DNA from: Octopus vulgaris
Lineage: Eukaryota
Direction of reading: 5' to 3'
DNA: 64,000 nt
Assembly (NCBI GenBank): GCA_951406725.2
Contig: OX597814.1
Coordinates: 6,758,001 to 6,822,000, forward strand
Made by a program: the position numbers and the translations under genes. Below the pieces are notes generated by a model. It saw only the letters and a list, made by a program, of their open reading frames with translations. It was not told where the DNA came from and did not search any database. Positions 1 to 12,697 of the stretch are shown here, one piece after another (position 1 is the first letter of the stretch; the number at the start of each line of letters is the position of its first letter).

Positions 1-85
1 GAAAAGGTAGAAGCAATATGAAAATCAATATAGAATCTTGTGATCTTGCCAGAAGTTGAGCAGATAATATTAACTAGAAGTGACG

Positions 86-216
<131 letters not shown>

Positions 217-841
217 AGCAGGGGAAATAGGATGGGTCGATGATGGGGAAGCAGGAAATGGATGGAGGAAAGGTAAAGAGAGAATTGGTTTGAAAAGAAG
301 AGTCAGATGAGGAGAATTGAGAGAAGGAGGGAAAAAGATAATAATGTAGGAAAAGAAAGGAAGGAAGTATAAGAAGGAGAGGGGGGAAGGGAAAAGGTAA
401 GAGATAGAAAGAGAGAGAGAGTGTGTTTGGGGGCGGGGAAGAGGAAGCTGTGTAACAAAAGCATAAAAGTCCAACTTTGAATGTGGCATTGTGGGAGAAA
501 TTGAATTAAAGCTGGAATATTTCATAAATGAAACAGTGAAACTTTCTCTCGTTATGTCATTAAGACCACCACATCACCATTATAACCACTGCATCATAAA
601 CATTACCATCATTATCCTCAACAACACAGCATCATAACAACAACAACGATAACAGCAATAGCAGCATTATCACATTATCCTTACAATGGAATTTTCAGAA
701 CAAAATAGGAATCCTTCCATTGGGGTTAGCAGCAGACAATGCCGAAAGGGGTGCAGCTTGTTGTTGCTGGACAAGTGCTCCCTGAGAATTGTGTCTATGC
801 AGCATATGAGAGTCACAGAACTGTGAAATGGGATAATAAAT

Positions 842-2332
842 TTAACTCTTCTGCTACCATATCCCTGCTGAGATGCTTTGTGTTCCTTTCAATTACATTA
901 AATATAACAAAGAATTTAGTAAAATAACTTCGTTATCATTAAGCTTAGTGTTAGGAACATAAATTGTGACTAAGGTTTGGTGGAAGATTTTAATTCAAAA
1001 CTTATGAAAACAAGACATTTGTACTACAAAGCCAGAGGTGGTTTCAGCCAGGTTGGTATCAAAAGGGCTAAGAATTGTTACTCTATTATATATTTTAACC
1101 CTTCTATTAACATATTTCTGTTGAGATGCTCTGTGTTTCTTTCAATTACTTTAAATATAACAAAGAATTTAGTAAAATAACTTCATTATCATTAAGCTAG
1201 TGTTATGAACATAAATTGTGACTAAGGTTTGGTGGGAGATTTTAATTCAAAACTTATGAAAACAAGACATTTGTACTACAAAACCAGAGGTGGTTTCAGC
1301 CGGGTTGGTATCAAAAGGGCTAAGAATTGTTACTCTATTATATATTTTAACCCTTTCGTTACTGTATTTCTGTTGAGATGTTCTGTGTTTCTTTCAATTA
1401 CTTTAGATATAACAAAGAATTTAGTAAAATAACTTTGTTATCATTTAGCTAATGTTAGGAACATAAATTGTGACTAAGGTTTGGTGGAAGATTTTAATTC
1501 AAAAACTTTTGAAAACAAGACATTTGTACTACAAAGCCAGAGGTGGTTTCAGCCAGGTTGGTATCAAAAGGGTTAAGAATTGTTTCTCTATTATATATTT
1601 TAACCCTTCTATTAACATATTTCTGTTGAGATGCTCTGTGTTTCTTTCAATTACTTTGAATATAACAAAGAATTTAGTAAAATAACATAGTTATCATTCA
1701 GCTAGTGTTAGGAACATAAATTGTGACAAAGGTTTAGTGGAAGATTTTAATTCAAAACTTATGAAAACAAGACATTTGTACTACAAAGCCAGAGGTGGTT
1801 TCAGTCAGGTTGGTATCAAAAGGGCTAAGAATTGTTACTCTATTATATATTTTAACCCTTTTGTTACCATATTTCTGTTGAGATGCTCTGTGTTTCTTTC
1901 AATTACTTTAGATATAACAAAGAATTTAGTAAAATAACTTCGTTATCATTCAGCTAGTGTTAGGAACATAAATTGTGACAAAGGTTTAGTGGAAGATTTT
2001 AATTCAAAACTTATGAAAACAAGACATTTGTACTACAAAGCCAGAGGTGGTTTCAGCCAGGTTGGTATCAAAAGGGCTAAGAATTGTTACTCTATTATAT
2101 ATTTTAACCCTTTTGTTACCATATTTCTGTTGAGATGCTCTGTGTTTCTTTCAATTACTTTAGATATAACAAAGAATTTAGTAAAATAACTTCGTTATCA
2201 TTCAGCTAGTGTTAGGAACATAGATTGTGACTAAGGTTTGGTGGAAGATTTTAATTCAGAACTTTTGAAAATAAGACATTTGTACTACAAAGCCAGAGGT
2301 GGTTTCAGTCAGGTTGGTATCAAAAGGGTTAA
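842..2332. mobile_element. Tandem array of six piggyBac-type MITEs (~230 bp each, period 252-253 bp)
   Basis: Units start with TTAA at 842, 1095, 1347, 1600, 1852 and 2104. Left end TTAACCCTTTTGTTACC and right end GGTATCAAAAGGGTTAA are inverted repeats. TTAA plus CCC/GGG termini are the piggyBac signature. A spacer gaattgttactctattatatatt separates units. Confidence 0.88.
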
Positions 2333-3300
2333 GCTTTCTAGAATACAGTCAAACTCATAAAGAAAATGATAGGTCAATGCACACAGTTGTGAGGCCATGG
2401 GGTCCATATATAAGTTAAAACAAAATTTGTAGGTCTATGAAAAAAATTGTTACACCAATGGCAAACCTGTCTTTATTTCATTGTCTATCTAGGACTACAT
2501 TATCTTATGTGGGTTTCCTTTTTACAAGTGTGTAATTTGAAGGATACTTGACTACTCTTTGTAGCAGGTCAAGCAACCATACAGAGGCTTCCCATTTGCT
2601 TGAACTGTTCTGATAATCAAAACTATTTGTGTGTGTGTGCATGTGTAATGTGTGTGTATAACCCATCCCCAAAAAGAAATATATTGTCAGCTGTCACACT
2701 TCTGCCCCCAATGTATGATATGTTGTGACAGAGACAAGTGTTGTGTGAAGCAAGTAAATTTATATTCTACGATTGTTGTTGCCTTTATAACATATCTTTA
2801 TAATATTCAGAATAAAAACACATTTATTCGAAAGAAACCATTCTAGTTTCAATGGAACCTTTGTAATTTCTTTGAAAGGTTTCTTTTCATTGGCAGCAAA
2901 ACTTTTGGAAACTCTCATCCCACTTGTCTCTTTAATGAGAAATAGATTTTCCTTTATGCGTGAGAAAGCTTATCCTCTTTTAACAAATTCCACGTCATAT
3001 TTATGCCCTCAAAATGTCTTGTCTTTTCAGCCATTTTAATATTTTTGAAAATTATCCTAACACTGTGACCAGTGTGATGGTTGTTTTTATGTTGTCTGTC
3101 ATGAAGTTGATGACGATTTTAAGGACAGTAGCAACGATGGTGACGATATTGATGTTGTGTCAATGTGGATGAAGAAGCAGAAGAAAAAAGAAGGGGGAAG
3201 AAAAGAGAAGACAATGGAGAAAATGAAGGAAAGGAGAAAGAAGATGAAGAAGACAAGGAGACATAAAGGGTCTAATGAATGGTCGACCAAAGAAATTAAA

Positions 3301-3563
3301 TCATCATCATCATCATCGTTTAACGTCCGTTTTCCGCGCTAGCACGGGTTGGACGGTTCGACCGGGGTCGGGGAAGCCAGGGGCAGCACCAGGCTCCAGT
3401 CTTATCTGGCAATGTTTCTACAGCTGGATGCCCTTCCTAACGCCAACCACTCCGCGAGTGTAGTGGGTGCTTTTTACGTGCCACCTACACAGGTGCCAGG
3501 GGGGTGTCTGGCATCGGCCACGATCGGTTGGTGCTTTTAACGTGCCACCGGCACGGAAGCCAG
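3301..3563 (-). mobile_element. RTE LINE 3'-end retrocopy (family A, (GAT)n tail)
   Basis: (cat)n followed by tttaacgtccgttttcc...gctggatgcccttcctaacgccaaccactcc...gtgctttttacgtgcc; the same motif recurs >20 times in the window. Confidence 0.85.
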
Positions 3564-3926
3564 ATAAACTGAAATACTGTGGTTAATGATGCTGATGATG
3601 ATGCTGATGATAGGCCTAAACAATGTTTATTACTTAGGTCGCTGTCCACTTCCTGCACAGTCCAGAAGGTTAACAATCCCTTCTTCTTCTTTGTTGATGG
3701 TCAAGAACTTGACCAATTAGATTGTCTAATCCTAACAACGACTCACTTCCTTTAACATCCTACAAACACTCTTTGCAGTTTATTCTTGCCAAAAGGCAGA
3801 CCGTTTCTAGGTTCTTCATGTCTGCGCCTTTGGGTCGGTGCCACCAGGTCAGAGTGGTGTGCTTTATGTTATTTATTTTGGACCATTTCTACAAGTTGAT
3901 AATTTTTTCATTGAGTCATCAGAAAT

Positions 3927-4308
3927 GGAAGCACTCCGTCGGTTACGACGATGAGGGTTCCGGTTGATCCGAATCAACAGAACAGCCTGCTCGTGAAATT
4001 AACGTGTAAGTGGCTGAGCACTCCACAGACACGTGTACCCTTAACGTAGTTCTCGGGGATATTCAGCGTGACACAGAGAGTGACAAGGCCGGCCCTTTGA
4101 AATACAGGTACAACAGAAACAGGAAGTAAGAGTGAGAGAAAGTTGTGGTGAAAGAGTACAGCAAGGATCACCACCATCCCCTGCTGGAGCCTCGTGGAGC
4201 TTTAGGTGTTTTCGTTCAATAAACACTCACAATGCCCGGTCTGGGAATCGAAACCGCGATCCTATGGCCGCGAGTCCGCTGCCCTAACCACTGGGCCATT
4301 GCGCCTTC
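3927..4308 (-). mobile_element. tRNA(Arg)-derived SINE, family B, tail type a
   Basis: tRNA-like head with A box TGGCCCAGTGG and B-box-like GTTTCGATTCC on the minus strand; TSD catcagaaat at 3917-3926 and 4309-4318. Confidence 0.92.
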
Positions 4309-4561
4309 CATCAGAAATAATAATGGATTCAATGATTTGCAGTGCTCGTTTTGCCCCTCTGCTCTTCAGTTTGTAATTTTGTGTGGTTCTTCTTTGCCTT
4401 TCAATCTTCTTAAATTGTAGGTTAGGTGTGAGAGGCCAGATATGAACATAAAAGAGAATATTTCAGTTGGGTCTTGCCAGTTTAAATGCTAAAAGCTATT
4501 TACCAAGCATTCTAAAGCTTCATTTGTTAACAAGAACCCCCCCCCCACCAACATGTAAAGT

Positions 4562-5122
4562 TATATCACTTTGACCGACCAGTCCGTCAGGCGTCCATTT
4601 GACATCGCTGGTCACAGCATGCTGTCCACTGCTCTCTGGATCGCGCCTTTTTCATCCACGTGATCCCAATTGTCCTCTTGAAATCGTCACTCCACCGTCG
4701 TGGAGGTCTTCCGGGTGGTCTTTTCCGCTCACGCGGGTACCACCTCGGCAACTGCGTGCGTCCACCGATTATCGGTGAGCCGGGTGACGTGTCCAGCCCA
4801 TCTATACTTGCTGCGTGTATACTCTGCGATGACATCTCTCACGCTGGACTTCTTTCTGATGATCTTGCTACTTATGTGTTCTCTCAACGTGATACCAAGC
4901 ATTGACCTTTCCATGGCTCTTTGAGCCGTTACCAGTCTTTGCTCTCCTCTCTTTGTGGTGGCCCATGTTTCACTACCATATAACATTGCAGGCAGAACTG
5001 CACTGTTAATGAGGTTGGCGCGGGTGGTCCTGTCCAACCTTCCCTTGAGCACATCCCTTATGCCATTGAAGACCTTCCATCTGGCCCTTACTCTCCGTGA
5101 GATCTCCTTTTTGATATCCCGG

Positions 5123-5126
<4 letters not shown>
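4562..5126 (-). mobile_element. 5'-truncated RTE-clade LINE (C-terminal ORF and 3' UTR)
   Basis: Translation EISRRVRARWKVF...VLPAMLYGSETW...QRAMERSMLGI...KYRWAGHV...DNRWT...RPPGRPPRRWSDD is the typical RTE post-RT region; 5' end abuts (TA)n. Confidence 0.92.
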
Positions 5127-5178
<52 letters not shown>

Positions 5179-5730
5179 CACTCAAAATATACTCATTCCT
5201 GCACACAAGCTATCCTTAGTCTCAGTAATGTTGCTCCTTTCACAGGAAGCTAATTAAAATTATTGTTTACTCTAATCAAAACAGAAGATAAAAGCAACAA
5301 AATTTAGTTTCTACCAGAATTTCCTTCCAGAAATATGTCATATTCTTGGTAGGAACTTCTTGAATAGGACTGAACAATATTTTCTGCGGATGGACTATTT
5401 ATTCAATCACAATATAAATAGATTTGTGTAATAAACTGAAAAACAAAATACTTTTTTATGAAATTAGAAAAAGATTCAAGAAATTTGATGATTTTTTACT
5501 CTTTAGTTTTTATAAAAATCAATAAACTTCACCAAAAAATTTTAAAGCAAAATAAAAGAAATTGGTTTTTATTTCATTAGTTTTATCTTTATTGTGGATA
5601 TTCACTGCACAACCATAGAACCGTTCTGTAGATCTTGGCATTTTGCTTTTGTGTGGTTCTAATCTGTTGACAAGATTTGACTTAATATATGAGTAAAGTA
5701 CCTTGTGGTATTAGTTTCTCTAAGTACATA

Positions 5731-5774
<44 letters not shown>

Positions 5775-5776
<2 letters not shown>

Positions 5777-5996
5777 ATGACAGATACTGGTGTCACGCAA
5801 ATAGCACCCATGCTGGTAGCACATAAAAGCACTCATTACACTTTCAGAGTGATTGACATTAGGAAGGGCATCCAGCCATAGAAAACCATGCCAAATCAGA
5901 CTGGAGTCTGGTGCAGCCATCCAACTTTCCAGCCCTGGTCAAACCTTCCGACCCATGTCAGCATAGACAACGGACATTAAATGATGATGTTGATGA
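5775..5996 (+). mobile_element. Degraded RTE 3'-end retrocopy (family A)
   Basis: aggaagggcatccagcc...ggacattaaatgatgat. Confidence 0.8.
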
Positions 5997-6599
5997 TATA
6001 TATTTATATATATTCTTTTATTTGTTTCAGTGACCAAAAGTTGTGCGTATGTACATGTTTTCTGTTCTCTAGTCCAAAAAATAGGGAGTGACCATGTTGC
6101 CTCTCTGAATGGAAGAAGATGTGATAAGCATTATTGAGCCAAGGGGCCAATCTTTCTAAAAACTTCACACAATCTAATTGCTTTCCTGAACTCAAAATGC
6201 GAAATATTTGGTGGCTGCCCTCATGATATAAAATGCATTTTGGTGATGCTCTGACTCAGAGCTATTTGATATATAGAATATATTCGCATTCAAACTGCTA
6301 CAACTCATTGTATTAGGGAGCATGTTCATTGATGGCAATAGAGGAAATCCTATGTGACACATTTGTATTTAGGGTTGTATGAGTGTTGACTGATATAAGA
6401 GAAGAGATGCTTTATGTTGTCTGCGCAGGTAATATAAGTTGACATCCAAGACTAGAGCAAGTCTTATGGTGACTTTAAATCCCAGTTCTCTGAAGAACTA
6501 GCAGCGTTCAGGATTTTGAGTTGAGACATAATCTGTCAGCAGGTTTTGCTTTATTTGTGTTAATATTCAATCATAAATTGCCCTGATTTGTTGTATCTC

Positions 6600-6748
6600 A
6601 CTACTCTCAGAGTGGTTGGCGTTAGGAAGGGCATCAAGCTGTAGAAACTCTGCCAGATCAGATTGGAGTCTGGTTCGCCAACCCTCAGTCAAATCGTCCA
6701 ACCCATGCTAGCATGGAAAGCGGACATTAAATGATGATGATGATGATG
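6600..6748 (+). mobile_element. RTE 3'-end retrocopy (family A)
   Basis: gagtggttggcgttaggaagggc...ggaaagcggacattaaatgatgatgat. Confidence 0.85.
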
Positions 6749-6782
6749 TGTGCATGTGTGTGTGTTTGTGTATCTTTGTCTT

Positions 6783-6853
<71 letters not shown>

Positions 6854-6959
6854 GATGAGCCTTTTTTCAGTTTCCTTTAACCAAATCATTTCACAAAGCC
6901 TTCGTCTACCTGGGACTACATTAGAACTCACAGCTACATATGCCAAGACTTGATTCATG

Positions 6960-7480
6960 GATATTATCTCATCAGCTTCCTTCAATCCCTTTTCCCCTTT
7001 CATATGTGGTCCTATTATTTTTGAATTCCAAGATTTTCATAGCTTAATAATCTTTTCGATGCCATTCACCCTTATAATCTGACCAAAGACATTTATTCTT
7101 TGTTTTCTAATCAATATTCACAGGTTTCACTTACTGCACTATCGATCTGTTTGTTCTTATATCCACCCAAGATATTTTCAATATTCTTCTCCCATTCCAC
7201 GTTTTGGAGGCATCAATTTTCCTTCCAATTTCTTTGTTAATTGTTCAATTTTCACTTCCATCAATGACCATTCCATTGATTTTAATAATCTCTCTTTCTG
7301 TTGTTTGCCACAGTCTTTTGGCTTTCAGCTTTTCCTCTTGTCTCCTCACAGCCATCTTACCAACAGATATTCCTCTTAGAAGTTCTTTTGAACAACTCCC
7401 ACCACATTCAGCTTTCGATTCAAGAAACGTAACCACAAGAGCTGCCACCATAGAAATCTTTAAAGATATTTGCCTGAAGC
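6960..7480 (-). mobile_element. Heavily degraded LINE (RTE-like) post-RT fragment
   Basis: FLESKAECGGSCSKELLRGISVGKMA loosely resembles the RTE motif YLGS.I...G.C..EI.RRI..GK.A; many stops. Confidence 0.4.
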
Positions 7481-7521
7481 AGTCAATCTTTGTGTGTGTG
7501 TGTGTGTGTCTGTACACAAAT

Positions 7522-7911
7522 GGGAATGGAAGCACTCCGTCGGTTATGACGATGAGGGTTCCGGTTGATCTGAATCAACGGAACAGCCTGCTTGTGAAAT
7601 TAACGTGTAAGTGGCTGAGCACTCCACAGACACGTGTACCCTTAACGTAGTTCTCGGGGATATTCAGCGTGACACAGAGAGTGACAAGGCCGGCCCATTG
7701 AAATACAGGTACAACAGAAACAGGAAGTAAGAGTGAGAGAAAGTTGTGGTGAAAGAGTACAGCAGGGATCACCACCATCCCCTGCCGGAGCCTCATGGAG
7801 CTTTAGGTGTTTTCGCTCAATAAACACTCACAACGCCTGGTCTGGGAATCAAAACCGCGATCCTATAACCGCGAGTCCACTGCCCTAACCACTGGACCAT
7901 TGCGCCTCCAC
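7522..7911 (-). mobile_element. tRNA(Arg)-derived SINE, family B, tail type a
   Basis: Near-identical to 3927-4308; TSD ctgtacacaaat at 7510-7521 and 7912-7923. Confidence 0.92.
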
Positions 7912-8620
7912 CTGTACACAAATATGTGTATAGACACATACATGTACACACATATACATGCATACACACATACACATATATACATACATGCACATGCATA
8001 TATATGAATTGCCCCACACTCCCTTGAAAGTCTTTGTTTCATCTTGTGACCCCGTGTGGCCCTTGTTCTCATCAATTTCCTGTCCTTCGGCACTTTCTTT
8101 ACAATTCAAATACAGAGCATTCTTTAATACATTTCAACTGAAGGGCTCCAATTTCTAAGACCCAGAGTTACTCGTTTCCGAGTCCTTGTTTGTTAAACTG
8201 AGCCGGATTGCTTTCTTTTGAATGTCCCCCGCCTGAATAGTTTTTGAAATATGAAAGGAAAGTTTGAAGGAAACATCTTTGCGTTCTTTCATTTAGAAAC
8301 CTTTGTGAACAACACAGGCAAAAGCAGCCACTTCAAGATATATGTACACACTGTCTACTTGTTTTGGCCATTGAAATGTGGCCATGCTTGAGCACTACCT
8401 CAAAGGGTGTGGTCGTACAAACTGACCCTAGTACTTATAAAATAACATAGCGCTTCAGGTTTAAGAATCTTGTTTGTAAGATACAGAACTTTGTGTGAAA
8501 AACAGTTGTCTACTTGCACCATTATACATGCCTGTGTATACATGCAATTGTGTTTTATGTGTATGTTTGTATATAAGTGGCAGTAGTTGGGCAGTGTGCA
8601 TATATATATATATATATATA

Positions 8621-9061
8621 TTACTCTTTACTCTTTACTCTTTACTCTTTACTCTTTTACTTGTTTCAGTCATTTGACTGCGGCCATGCTGGAGCACCGC
8701 CTTTAGTCGAGCAAATCGACCCCAGGACTTATTCTTTGTAAGCCCAGTACTTATTCTATCGGTCTCTTTTGCCGAACTGCTAAGTGACGGGGATGTGAAC
8801 ACACCAGCATCGGTTGTCAAGCAATGCTGGGGGGACAAACACAGACACACAAACACACATGCACATACATATATATATATATATATACACATATACGACA
8901 GGTTTCTTTCAGTTTCCGTCTACCAAATCCACTCACAAGGCATTGGTCGGCCCGACGCTATAGCAGAAGACACTTGCCCAAGATGCCACGCAGTGGGACT
9001 GAACCCGGAACCATGTGGTTGGTAAGCAAGCTACTTACCACACAGCCACTCCTGTGCCTAT
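8621..9061 (-). mobile_element. SINE family C (tRNA-like head, CORE-like box, internal TA/TG microsatellite, (AAAGAGT)n tail)
   Basis: Head aggagtggctgtgtggtaag...ggttcagtccc; CORE-like cttgggcaagtgtctt; 3' end ggcggtgctccagcatggccgcagtcaaatgactgaaac. Confidence 0.9.
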
Positions 9062-9146
9062 ATATATAGGGAGAGTTTACGAAAAAAACAAAAGACGAAG
9101 ACAGGTGGTGTACAAAACAAACAAATGTATTAGTATAACGCTCAGG

Positions 9147-9179
<33 letters not shown>

Positions 9180-10600
9180 GCTCTTACACGTTAATAATGT
9201 CTCAAATGACTTCAGGGTATCCAATATTTACCAAGCATAAACCAGACACTTTATTTGTCTTCACTTTGTTCTTCAAATTCCAATGAAATTCTTGTCCATC
9301 AGTATTTTGTTTTTGTTTTTGTTTTTTTTTCTTCATTTCCTTCTAAACTCTTACAACTGGTTTCTTGTTTTCCCTCCCCCCACCACTCCCCTCTCTCTCT
9401 CTTCCTGCCTTCCTTCTTCCCATTCTTTCATTCACCCTCCCCACACCTCTCCGCTACATCTATATTGTTCCAAGAATGCTGCCCAGTTCAAGAAAATGGT
9501 GTAGATAAAGCAAGATAACAATGTCAAGTCCTGCCTCCCCCACCACGCCCATCCATTGTGTTGTAAACAATATCGACAACAATGGAATGTATCTGCTCTT
9601 AAACATGAACTCCTATTGATCGGCCAAGTCTCTTGTCATTGACTCTCTCTGGACAATATTTACAGCAGACGAGCAGAGCAAGCTGTGTTGGATAAAGAGG
9701 CAGCCATTATGTTGTTGCTCCACAGCTTGGAAATAATAACCACATCCCTTAAAAATCACACCTTATCATCTTGGAACAATAAGGAATGATACACCAGATA
9801 AAAGTCTTATGGGTGTATATATATATATATATCACCATCATCATATATATATATATATATATAAGAATTGAACAGCCATGAAACGATCGTAGTGTTATAT
9901 TAATTATCTTTTTTAATAATTTTTATATATATTTAAATAATATAAATTAATTAATCTTATGTATTGGCTTACGTTTTTCATTGTATGATTTGCCTAATAG
10001 TGGTTTTATCTCTAATTTAATATAATAAATATATATATATATATACAAATTGAGATAGGGGTTGTAAATGCAACCCTCCATGGGATAACATATATCTAAT
10101 ATACTGCTAGTGAAGTACCCAACAAAGTTAATACATAAATGTTAAGGATCACGATGCAATCAATTCATTTACTGTATTATATGGGCAAAGGTAAAATGAT
10201 TTACCACAAATTACTAATACAAGATAAGAAAATGGAGAAATACATCTGTGATTGGGTATTATCTGGTAATTGATATTTGATTTAGATGTATTTCTCCATT
10301 TTCTTATCTTGTATATATATATATATATATATATATATTGATAGAAATGGCAAGACAACAAAAGAATGAAAGAGACCTTGATATTATGTTTTAAGAGGAA
10401 TTTATCTGTAAATGTAATATGTGACAATTATTTGGTAGCCATGGACATGTGCGCTTACGCAATTACTATGAACATTTTTACTCCCTTACCTTTACTCCCC
10501 ACCTGACTTAGCAGTCATTCTAATTGCTCTTTTGTCTTAATAACGGTCAATCACACAGTAATTTCCCTTTGTTTTAACGGTCATTTTCATAACATTTTTT

Positions 10601-10683
10601 TCGATGGCCTGATAACTGAAGAGATACCGGCATGGGTTTCCATCCCAACAGCCGAAACTGAGAGTTTTATCATGGCTACCGAA
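10601..10683 (+). ncRNA. Type I hammerhead ribozyme motif (Penelope-type)
   Basis: Stem I TGATAA(10610-15)/TTATCA(10667-72), extendable by ggcc/ggct; core CTGAAGA; GAAAC; stem III ACT-gag-AGT; GUU cleavage triplet. Stem II is irregular. Confidence 0.6.
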
Positions 10684-10706
10684 TAATTGTCACATATTAT
10701 ATTTAC

Positions 10707-10758
<52 letters not shown>

Positions 10759-10884
10759 CAAAAATTTAGTTTCAGATGAATATGGTACTTAAGTTGAGGC
10801 ACCAGAATTTAGTATGGTATTATCCATGCAATTTGAAAGTAAGGTGATTAAAATCAAAATAAGTAACAAGGATATCAAGAGGTA

Positions 10885-10978
10885 ATGCAGTACGATCATT
10901 TCATGCATCTCCATTTAATTGAACAATGCAATCATTTCATTACATCAATTTAAAATGCAGAGCAATCTTCAGCCGCAC
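10885..10978 (-). ncRNA. Type I hammerhead ribozyme motif with long stem II (partly decayed)
   Basis: Minus strand GTGCGG-CTGAAGA-long stem II-GAAA-T-GATC-GTA-CTGCAT. Stem I pairs and loop III is palindromic. A matching half-site catgaaacgatcgta lies at 9877-9891 (+). Confidence 0.6.
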
Positions 10979-11284
10979 GAAGACATAGAATTCAATTAAA
11001 TTAGAACAGATGGACACATTAGTATAATTATACGTAAAATCTCGAAGAAGTTAAGGAGATAGACAAAGAACATGCTGTCTCACTCCAGCATTGAAGTTAC
11101 TAAGTTTTCAAGAAGATCTACATTGTTACAGACTCTGCCTGTCACTGATTTTTTTGTCTTTATGGGGTCAGTTTTAATTTATAGACTAGTTTATCAAATT
11201 CCTTGTATATCTAAGGTTGAGAGAATATAGGGCAGTATGTGTTTGGGGTAGGGCTGAGTGAGCCGACAGATATCATAGTTGGTA

Positions 11285-11701
11285 TACTCTTTTACTCTTT
11301 TACTTGTTTCAGTCATTTGACTGCGGCCATGCTGGAGCACCGCCTTTAGTCGATCAAATCGACCCCAGAACTTATTCTTTGTAAGCCCAGTACTTATTCT
11401 ATCGGTCTCTTTTGCTGAACCGCTAAATGACGGGGACGTAAACACACCAGCATCGGTTGTCAAGCAATGCTAGGGTGACAAACACAGACACACAAACATA
11501 TACATATATATATATATTTATATATACATATATACGACAGGCTTCTTTCAGTTTCTGTCTACCAAATCCACTCACAAGGCTTTGGTTGGCCTGAGGCTAT
11601 AGTAGAAGACACTTGTCCAAGATGCCACGCAGTGGAACTGAACCCGGAAGCATGTGGTTGGTTAGCAAGCTACTTACCACACAGCCACTCCTGCGCCTAT
11701 A
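11285..11701 (-). mobile_element. SINE family C
   Basis: Full-length copy homologous to 8621-9061. Confidence 0.9.
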
Positions 11702-12282
11702 GTTGTAAAAATCAAGTTTTATCATGAGATTTGGTAAAGGAAAACTTAAAACAAAATGTTAGCTGCCAATTAATGGAGTCGGCCACTAGCAGACCCTTGA
11801 TAATGAAATGAGAAGTTTTATCATGTAGAACTATAGTTAAATATTTGAAACAATGTTGCTATATTGTATAGAGTTAAAGTTTAGGGTTATTCGGAGGATT
11901 ATCAAAAAGAATATTATCACAAAAGGATAGAAATTTGGGAATACTTTTGAGTATATACCAAACTTTTAGTACAATTGAGGGAGGAAAAGAAATTATCCAG
12001 AAATAGTTTAATATTTATACATATTGTATACTTATATACTAACTCATCAGATGGTATCTGTGAATATTGATTAATTGGTACATACTTGTATTAATAAAGG
12101 AGTATGCTAATTAGATATTAATAAAATTATAATCTAAGTAGTTTTTTTATAAGTTGTGAATATACCAATATAGTTTTATATAAGCTAAGTATGAATTTAT
12201 AGAGATACAAAAATTAGATTAGTTATATAAATAATAAAGGCTAATTACAAAATCACAAAGAAATGAAATAAAATAATCAAGT

Positions 12283-12697
12283 ATAGACGTAGGAGTGGCT
12301 GTGTGGTAAGTAGCTTGCTTACGAACCACATGGTTCCGGGTTCAGTCCCACTGCATGGCACCTTGGGCAAGTGTCTTCTACTATAGCCTCGGGCCGACCA
12401 AAGCCTTGTAAGTGGATTTGGTAGACGGAAACTGAAAGAATCCTGTCGTATATATATATATATGTACACGTGTATGTGCATGTATATGTTTGTGTGTCTG
12501 TGTTTGTCCCCCAAAATCGCTTGACAACCGATGCTGGTGTGTTTACCTCCCTGTAAATTAGCGGTTTGGCAAAAAAGACCGATAGAATAATTACTAGGCT
12601 TACAAAGAATAAGTCCTGGGGTTGATTTGCTCGACTAAAGGTGGTGCTCCAGCATGGTCACAGTCAAATGACTGAAACAAGTAAAAGAGTAAAGAGT
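12283..12697 (+). mobile_element. SINE family C
   Basis: Full-length copy; head at 12283, tail gtaaaagagtaaagag. Confidence 0.9.

Noticed and set aside
739-2189. Repeated 62-71 aa ORFs, and a CRISPR-like look of the array
   Set aside because: The ORFs simply span MITE junctions. The spacers are identical rather than unique, the units are far too long, and there are no cas genes.
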